DNA from: Pirellula staleyi DSM 6068
GTDB lineage: Bacteria > Planctomycetota > Planctomycetia > Pirellulales > Pirellulaceae
Assembly (NCBI GenBank): GCA_000025185.1
Contig: CP001848.1
Location: 1,440,001 to 1,472,000, forward strand
Length of the DNA: 32,000 bases
Direction: 5' to 3'
In this document: in pieces, positions 25,744-32,000 of the stretch
Numbering within the stretch: position 1 is the stretch's first letter
Layout of the letters: every line of letters begins with the position of its first letter
Notes under the pieces: generated by a model
What the model was told of the DNA's origin: nothing
The model's database searches: none
What the model saw: the letters and a program-made list of their open reading frames with translations, nothing else
Made by a program: the position numbers and the translations under genes

Positions 25744-27216
25744 TTAGGTGAGTGGAATGCCTGCAGATTTCCGCTGAAACAGCGACATCGGAACGCCGAA
25801 ATCTCGCTCCCGCAGTTCTTCAGCGATTCGTGGCACAATGCCGGTCGCCACAAATTCACCCACAATGCGCCGACCGACACGCGTTTTTGGTTCGAAACGA
25901 AAAATGTCCTGCATCTGCGGCGTGTTGCCTTCGAGTCCGAGCACTTCAGCGATGCTTTCGACACGTCGCACACCATCTTCATAGCGACGGATGTGGACCA
26001 CCAAGTGAAGTGCTGAGACCATCTGTTCGCGAATCGCGCGCGACGGAAGGTCGAGACCTGCCATGAGCACCATGGTCTCGACGCGCGAGAGCGCATCACG
26101 CGGGCTGTTGGCGTGTACGGTGGTCATGCCACCATCGTGACCTGTGTTGAGCGCTTGCAGCATATCGAGCGCTTCTGCGGACCGAATTTCGCCGACGATA
26201 ATCCGGTCGGGTCGCATACGCAGCGAATTCACCACCAAGTCGCGAGCTGCAATTCGCCCCCGACCTTCGACGTTGGCCGGGCGTGTTTCCATCCGTATCA
26301 CATGGGTTTGATCGAGGATGAGCTCCGCAGCATCCTCGATCGTGACGATTCGCTCGTGATCGGGAATTGCTTCGGCAATTGCGCCTAGGAATGTCGACTT
26401 GCCACTACCAGTACCACCCGAGATCAGCAGATTCTTACGACCTCGAACGGCAAGTTCCAGGAACTGCAGCATCTCGCTCGAAAACATGCCTAGTTGCTGC
26501 AGGTCCGAGCGGCGCAGTCGTCGATGGCCAAACCGCCGAATCGACAGCGTTGGTCCGTCGATAGTTACGGGAGGAAGCGTAGCATTCACACGGCTCCCAT
26601 CGGGCAATCGCGCGTCGACCATCGGCGAACTCTCGTCGATACGTCTGCCAACTCGCGCGGCGATTCGCTGAATGATACGGATCAGATGCTCGTCGTCACG
26701 AAAACGAACGGGAGTGAGTTCCAGTCGGCCGAAACGCTCGATATACACCTGCTGCGAACCATTCACCAAAATATCGGTGACAGCTGGATCCGACATCAGT
26801 GGGGCAAGTGGTCCGATCCCCAGTGTTTCTTCGAGCAGATCATCAACCAGCCGGTTCCGCTCTTCTTCATTGAGTGGCAAGTCTTCGCTGGCAAGCGTTC
26901 CCTCGACAAACTCTTTCACTTCGTCCGTTAATCGTTCTTCACTCGAAGAAAGCAAGTTACTGCGATCAAGTTCATCGAGTAAGCGTTGATGAAGTTCTCC
27001 ACGCACCACCAAATAGGCTGCGCTGCCAGCACGCTCGACGATCGATTCGGCTGCGATGCTAGGTCCTGATGAGCTCCCTCGCGAGGTGCTGCGTTTTGTA
27101 GCAGCTCGAAGTCGGTCGAGAGGCAACGTCGAACTGATGTGCGAAAGAATTCCTCGAGAGTTGACACTCCGTTCCCTACGGCTGTTGGAAGGTTCCACCG
27201 GTCCATCCCCACTCAT
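25744..27216 (-). CDS. cpaF: Tad pilus secretion ATPase CpaF/TadA (type II/IV secretion E family)
   Basis: Walker A is LLISGGTGSGKSTFLGAI. Also present are RIVTIEDAAEL, DRIIVGEIR (Walker B region) and TGHDGGMTTVHANS (His box). ATGA overlap with cpaE. Confidence 0.95.
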   Translation of the reverse strand: MSGDGPVEPSNSRRERSVNSRGILSHISSTLPLDRLRAATKRSTSRGSSSGPSIAAESIVERAGSAAYLVVRGELHQRLLDELDRSNLLSSSEERLTDEVKEFVEGTLASEDLPLNEEERNRLVDDLLEETLGIGPLAPLMSDPAVTDILVNGSQQVYIERFGRLELTPVRFRDDEHLIRIIQRIAARVGRRIDESSPMVDARLPDGSRVNATLPPVTIDGPTLSIRRFGHRRLRRSDLQQLGMFSSEMLQFLELAVRGRKNLLISGGTGSGKSTFLGAIAEAIPDHERIVTIEDAAELILDQTHVIRMETRPANVEGRGRIAARDLVVNSLRMRPDRIIVGEIRSAEALDMLQALNTGHDGGMTTVHANSPRDALSRVETMVLMAGLDLPSRAIREQMVSALHLVVHIRRYEDGVRRVESIAEVLGLEGNTPQMQDIFRFEPKTRVGRRIVGEFVATGIVPRIAEELRERDFGVPMSLFQRKSAGIPLT

Positions 27217-28490
27217 GGCAGCACCTCGCGAATCGATGGAGAGGAGCCTCGATCACTCAGGACCGATGGAGGACTAGATGCAATCGAAGATGCTACGCCC
27301 GAAGGAAGCGAAGTCGTTTCCATCTCGGTGCGCGGCATTTGGGCCAGCGATGCCAAATCGGAGATGAGCAGCTTGAGAGTTGGCCCAATTCCGAACCAAC
27401 GACTGGGATTCATCGCATAAGGTCGACCCGTGTTGGCCGCGACCATGATCCGTTTGTCGTAAGGAAGTGCGAAGTCGATGGTGCGCTCGAGTTTGGTTGC
27501 AGCATCGGTCAAGCTGAGCCCACCACTGATCGATTGAAATCGATTCACAATCACGCGCTGGCGCTCTTTCGGAAATCCAAGACCACCCAGTAGCTCTAGC
27601 AACTTGGCAGCCCCAAGCAGTGTTGGCACCACATTCTCGAGCACCACATAAGCACGATCGCTCAAGTCGAGAATTGCAATCACCACACGATCGAAAAGGG
27701 GGAAGGTGTCGACGATCACAAAATCGTAGCTGCGACGGCCCAGCGTAATGATGCGGCTTATCGACTCATCGTCGACTTCGGCAGCTTCGATGGCATCGCG
27801 CGGCGCGGCAAGGACGTGTAGTCCACTTTCATGCACCGCTGTGAGTTGACGCAAAAACATTTCGTCGAGCCGTGAGCTTTCGCGTACGGCATCGGTGAGT
27901 GTTGCCGAGGGATTCAAATCGAGCATCGAAGCAGCAACGCCGAGCTGAAGCGAAGCATCAATCAGTAGTACACGCCCTGGATAGAGTTGCGCGAGTCCAC
28001 AGGCGGAATTTACCGCCAAGGTGCTTTTGCCCACGCCACCTTTGTTACTGATAAACGAAATCACCCGCCCCAGCGGCGCGGAGACTCGCGCCGATTGCTT
28101 GCGAGTTCGGTCGAGCAGGTCTTGAAGTTCCACCGTCGAAACTGGACGCCGGAGGAAGTCTTTGACACCTGCTCGAATCGCCTCGATGACGATCGCACTC
28201 TCCGAGACATCGTTGCCAAACACATCGGGCCGAAAAACAGCAGCGACTGTCATCTCAGGCGAAATGGAGTTGAGTTCCATCGTCACACTTTTGAGTGCTG
28301 CGAGATTGCGCCCCATTTCGACGAGGACTAGATCAGGACTGCGACTTCGTGCTGCTTCGATTCCTTGGCGCGTTTCGGTGATGAAGTGAGCCACCGGCGC
28401 GCGGTCTCCCATCGCGCGAAGTGCCGATTGAAGCTCTTCGTGAAGCTTCGGATCGGCCGAGATAATCAGGATATTGGGAGTAGCAGCCAC
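27213..28490 (-). CDS. cpaE: CpaE/TadZ-like pilus assembly protein (receiver-like N-domain plus ParA/MinD-type ATPase)
   Basis: The N-terminus is CheY-like: NILIISADPKL...PDLVLVEM. Deviant Walker A is SNKGGVGKSTLAVNSA. GTG start at 28490; the start is uncertain. Confidence 0.88.
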   Translation of the reverse strand: MAATPNILIISADPKLHEELQSALRAMGDRAPVAHFITETRQGIEAARSRSPDLVLVEMGRNLAALKSVTMELNSISPEMTVAAVFRPDVFGNDVSESAIVIEAIRAGVKDFLRRPVSTVELQDLLDRTRKQSARVSAPLGRVISFISNKGGVGKSTLAVNSACGLAQLYPGRVLLIDASLQLGVAASMLDLNPSATLTDAVRESSRLDEMFLRQLTAVHESGLHVLAAPRDAIEAAEVDDESISRIITLGRRSYDFVIVDTFPLFDRVVIAILDLSDRAYVVLENVVPTLLGAAKLLELLGGLGFPKERQRVIVNRFQSISGGLSLTDAATKLERTIDFALPYDKRIMVAANTGRPYAMNPSRWFGIGPTLKLLISDLASLAQMPRTEMETTSLPSGVASSIASSPPSVLSDRGSSPSIREVLP

Positions 28491-28507
28491 GTGAATTCTC
28501 AGAGGAG

Positions 28508-29971
28508 TTAGCGCACAAGGGCGGGAGCTAGAAGTGGGTCGAGCAACTCATGGTGACGATTGAGAACTAAGTTCCAGTAATCGTCGATTTCGAGGCTCGA
28601 AGTAATTGGAGTTCGCGGAGCGATCGTTGCCATGGCATTGGTCCATGGAACATGTCCGCTGACTACGTGAATTTGTCCCGCATCTGCCTGGCCGTCAGGA
28701 AACAGAATCGCCCCGAATCCAATCACGATGTAAGGGCCGGAATCTTCGAGCCTCGCCACGATGGGAACAAACCCATAAGGAACCTGCGAGCCTCCTTCAG
28801 TTCGAAGAAGCGCCGCTTGCGCGAGAATGGTGGAAAGGCTTGTCGTGATCGACTCATCAACTTCTGGAACCTGTTCGCCAATCGAAATCGCGCGTCCTGT
28901 GCCGGTAAGTAAGTCGATGCTGACGACATGACCCAGCACATCACCCGATCCAACACGCACAAGCTGACCGTTGTTGATGGTGTATTCTGCTGCGGGGTTC
29001 ATCGGAATCGGCCATTGATCGGCATAAATCACGAGCGGCAATCGACCGGGTATGTCGCGATCAGGATTCTCGGCTGACGTTGGACGAACGCCGATCGACT
29101 TAGCGCGGACTTCAACAGTAAGTTCCTCGGGACTTGGCTCAAAAGAAAGTCGTTCGTAGGAACTGACGGCGATGGAGGTAGAACGGACCGCAATGCCACG
29201 TCCTTTCAGATCAGACGCAATCAGGCTACCACGTCCGAAGAGGTAGGGAATTGTGCCCCCTGTTGAGCCAACAGCTGGATCGAGCGTTTCATTGGTGCGA
29301 CGCATTCGCACCAGCAATCCGTTTCGATTGCCATCGATAGTCGCACCGGTCGTAAAGTCGGTTCGCGAGTAGTCGTTTTCCTCTATCGTCGCTAGTTCGG
29401 GTTTAATAGCATTTCCCGCAACAATGTCTCCTGCGGGATCATTCGACGCGCTGTTAAGACTGAGCACAGGATCGTAGACCCTCGAGGACGGAATGCTCAT
29501 CGTTTGGCTGGCGTTGAACTCGGGCGAAATTGAAGTGCCGCCGGTGAATGTCAGACGTGGCCCTGCCCCAAAGTTGCGAGCGTCAGTAGCGAGGTTGAAG
29601 TCGTCGTCGAAGGTATTGGATACATTCCGCGAAGCGGCATAGCGACTAGCGAGGTCGTACCAATCTTGCCACGCCGGATCGGTTGGATCTTGTGGCGCTG
29701 CTGGTGGAGCACCAATCGCACTAATCAGTTCTCTTCCGATCGGGTCGGAATTGTCGAGCCAGTTCTCAGGAACTTGCTGACGAAATCGCATCCCTTCGAG
29801 TGCTGCGCTGTCGGTGGCGGTTTGCATTTGCCGCTGCGTAGTGCGCACGATCCCCAGGTCGATCACCAGCGCAGCCAGCGCTAGGAGAGCAAACATCAGC
29901 AGCGCAAAGATGACGAGGGTGAAGCCCTTGCGATGGCGCGGTGTCGTACGTGAGTTGCGATGGTGGCTCAT
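28508..29971 (-). CDS. TadG-like protein with an N-terminal TadE/G-like membrane-anchor domain and a large unassigned periplasmic part
   Basis: RKGFTLVIFALLMFALLALAALVIDLGIVRTTQRQMQTATDSAALEG matches the Tad N-terminal (TadE/G-like) pattern. No D-x-S-x-S MIDAS/vWA motif was seen in the remaining ~420 aa. ATGA overlap with the upstream cpaB-like ORF. Confidence 0.7.
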   Translation of the reverse strand: MSHHRNSRTTPRHRKGFTLVIFALLMFALLALAALVIDLGIVRTTQRQMQTATDSAALEGMRFRQQVPENWLDNSDPIGRELISAIGAPPAAPQDPTDPAWQDWYDLASRYAASRNVSNTFDDDFNLATDARNFGAGPRLTFTGGTSISPEFNASQTMSIPSSRVYDPVLSLNSASNDPAGDIVAGNAIKPELATIEENDYSRTDFTTGATIDGNRNGLLVRMRRTNETLDPAVGSTGGTIPYLFGRGSLIASDLKGRGIAVRSTSIAVSSYERLSFEPSPEELTVEVRAKSIGVRPTSAENPDRDIPGRLPLVIYADQWPIPMNPAAEYTINNGQLVRVGSGDVLGHVVSIDLLTGTGRAISIGEQVPEVDESITTSLSTILAQAALLRTEGGSQVPYGFVPIVARLEDSGPYIVIGFGAILFPDGQADAGQIHVVSGHVPWTNAMATIAPRTPITSSLEIDDYWNLVLNRHHELLDPLLAPALVR

Positions 29972-32000
29972 GGTTGGGTCGTCGCTGGGAAGACCGAGAC
30001 GCGACGATCAGAACCGACCATCTGCTCCATGAACTTGAGGCTCGTGTAGGGATTGACCTCAGGAAGCTGATCGCTGGTGGCAGTCGCTTGCACCACGTCA
30101 GCGACCGATTGGCTGCGAGGAATCACTCGCAAATTGCTCGAGCTTGCCAGCACGCTTTCGAAACGAGCGACTTGCTCCAGCGGAATCGCCAGCACTGCAG
30201 AAACAACGCCTCGCAGCGGCTCTTCGTAAAGCTGTACCACTTCAACATCGCTGGCAGCAACCAGCATTTGCGTTCGACCAACGATTTCCGGCGGCACATC
30301 GTAGTTGCTCGGAAACGTCATTGGCTCGGCCGAAATCACATCGACTCGCATCTGCTGTTTGACAAGCTCAAGCCCTGCGAGCTGTTCTTTCTGAACTAAG
30401 AATCCGCGATAGCCAGGGGCGATTCCGGCCGAAATTCCCACAGCAGTGTCGGCTGGAAGAAAGTCGGACTCCAAAAAGTAGTCGCCAGGCTGTTTGTTGG
30501 TTCGCAGCACGCGACCAGCAAACAAGCTTAGATCGGTAACGATTTTCTTTTCGTTGACTTCATCGATCGAAATCGAAGTGATGGCTGGCCGAGCGACAAC
30601 GGCTCCCCACGGCTCGAGTTTTTCGAACGCTCGAACTGCCACCGTGCACAGCGGCACACTTGCCATGTTGGGAGGCGATGCTGTTGGCAAGTTCGAACGA
30701 AATGCAGCAGTGAGTTTGATTTCACTAGTCATCGCCGCTGCTTGCGCAAGGGCTTCGGCATCGCGCAAGCGAACGGCGAGGGTGAGGGATGAAATCGGAT
30801 TGGCAATCGAATTGTTCGCTCCAGCAGATTCGCTTGGCGTACGAGCAATGGCCACCACGCGCGCGTCGACCGCCAGCAGCCAGTGCTCGGCGCGATGACC
30901 AAGCGAAGTGGACCATTGCAAGTCGGTCGAACGGCTGATGACTTCTGAACTGTTGCGAGTCGTTGTCTCGTTTTCCCGGCGCGAAGTTTCCTCTGTCGTA
31001 CGCACATGCTCCAGCTTGAAACTGCCGAGCAAATCGAGGTGGTCCCCCACACTTAAATACTCAGACCCCAAGATCTGACTAGCGCTAATGACAACAGCTT
31101 GGCGATCAGGAGGAATGACACTTCCGATGCCACCTTTTGCCCCTTGTTCGGCAAGTTCCGATTCGGAGATGACAGTGCCAGCTTCGATGTCGCGATTGGC
31201 GACGCGTCCGAGCAGGAAGTCGTAAGGCACCAGTTTGGAGCGAGTGGCGGTGTCCGGGTCGTAGTAGGCGAACTCAGGGCGGCGTGTTACAGGATCGATA
31301 AAGTCTTGCTCGGTGATCCGCTGGAAGGCGGGAATGGTGCGCTTGACGAGCGGAAATGCCACGGCAAGCTTCTGTTCGGCAGGCGCTTCGCTATCGTCAC
31401 TCCCACCTTTGGCAGCTTGTCCTGATTGCGCCACCGCCATCACCGAGAGTCCCTTGTGAAGCGCCTTCTTCACGTGGGGAATGTCGGACGGAGTTAGCGC
31501 TAGAACCACTTCTTCGACCGGAATGTTTTGCACTCGCTGACCTTCGGTGAGCGAAGAGGTGGTCGACGGCTTCTGTCGAATGCGAACTGGTGTGAGCAAG
31601 ATGGCCGACTGAGCAATTGTGCGTTCCACCACTGCTTGGGGTGGATCGCTGGCCTTCGATCGCGTGACGAACTGAACACCGCTGCGGGGCTTATGCGACG
31701 GATCGAACTCGCCGAGCATGTCGTGTGGAACCGAGGCAATCAGGTCGACTTTGTCTCCCAGCTTGAGCCCGTGGAGGCCTGCAATCGAGCTGCTTTCGAG
31801 AGTCATCGACTGCATGCCGGGGGGAGTGGCGCCAGCTAAACCAGGGCGGGTTCCTTTGGGGAGAAACGAACTTTCCGTAAAGGCAAGTCCTGGGTTCTTT
31901 TCTTTCGAGACCACTCGGCCGATGATGTCGTTCACACTCATCATGGCACCACCCAGTTCGCGCACGCGGCCGATCGGAATCCGTTTTCCACCGTCGATCG
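29968..32000 (-). CDS. cpaB: Multi-module CpaB/RcpC-like pilus assembly protein, 5' end beyond the window
   Basis: The frame is open to nt 32000: ...IDGGKRIPIGRV precedes the GTG at 31965. Three segments each carry the CpaB pattern (GRV..G....ES.L, then a G-[IL]-x-x-x-I/T-PPG/APG-like turn, then a ..D-[LV]-[IL] strand). They begin at IIGRVVSKEKNPG, LLGRVANRDIEAG and FAGRVLRTNKQPG. Confidence 0.75.
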   Translation of the reverse strand, partial: IDGGKRIPIGRVRELGGAMMSVNDIIGRVVSKEKNPGLAFTESSFLPKGTRPGLAGATPPGMQSMTLESSSIAGLHGLKLGDKVDLIASVPHDMLGEFDPSHKPRSGVQFVTRSKASDPPQAVVERTIAQSAILLTPVRIRQKPSTTSSLTEGQRVQNIPVEEVVLALTPSDIPHVKKALHKGLSVMAVAQSGQAAKGGSDDSEAPAEQKLAVAFPLVKRTIPAFQRITEQDFIDPVTRRPEFAYYDPDTATRSKLVPYDFLLGRVANRDIEAGTVISESELAEQGAKGGIGSVIPPDRQAVVISASQILGSEYLSVGDHLDLLGSFKLEHVRTTEETSRRENETTTRNSSEVISRSTDLQWSTSLGHRAEHWLLAVDARVVAIARTPSESAGANNSIANPISSLTLAVRLRDAEALAQAAAMTSEIKLTAAFRSNLPTASPPNMASVPLCTVAVRAFEKLEPWGAVVARPAITSISIDEVNEKKIVTDLSLFAGRVLRTNKQPGDYFLESDFLPADTAVGISAGIAPGYRGFLVQKEQLAGLELVKQQMRVDVISAEPMTFPSNYDVPPEIVGRTQMLVAASDVEVVQLYEEPLRGVVSAVLAIPLEQVARFESVLASSSNLRVIPRSQSVADVVQATATSDQLPEVNPYTSLKFMEQMVGSDRRVSVFPATTQP

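Overview
The gene content looks like a Planctomycetota (Pirellulales-like) chromosome; this is inferred from content, no search was run. There are 24 protein-coding loci, two of them disrupted. I found no rRNA, tRNA, CRISPR array or obvious IS/transposase.

- **1-7 kb (+ strand):** an island of exported glycan-modifying genes. It holds three formylglycine-type sulfatases, one of them an internally deleted remnant, plus a SASA/SGNH acetylesterase. It also holds a TAT-exported Gfo/Idh/MocA oxidoreductase broken by a 1-nt frameshift in a G-run, and a DUF1080 (3-keto-disaccharide hydrolase family) protein.
- **7-11 kb:** the planctomycete-typical pair of a PSCyt/DUF1592 protein and a TAT-exported DUF1552 protein.
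- **11.5-15.1 kb:** a homocysteine S-methyltransferase, then a 901-aa secreted fusion of a PDZ-like domain, a prenyltransferase-like toroid and a SASA esterase.
- **15.1-17.1 kb (- strand):** a fasciclin gene, then an ECF sigma factor and an RskA-type anti-sigma factor. This resembles the mycobacterial SigK-RskA-MPT70/83 circuit. A secreted protein with two FGE/SUMF1-like domains is transcribed divergently from it.
- **19.7-32 kb (- strand):** a Tad/Cpa (type IVc) pilus-secretion locus in non-canonical order. The order is cpaB-like, tadG-like, cpaE, cpaF, tadB, tadC, DUF192, a 285-bp gap, cpaC secretin, a lipoprotein and a TadD-like TPR lipoprotein.

The most unusual object is the CpaB-like ORF. 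It contains at least three concatenated CpaB modules and is still open at the window edge. No Flp pilin or prepilin peptidase gene is visible in the window.
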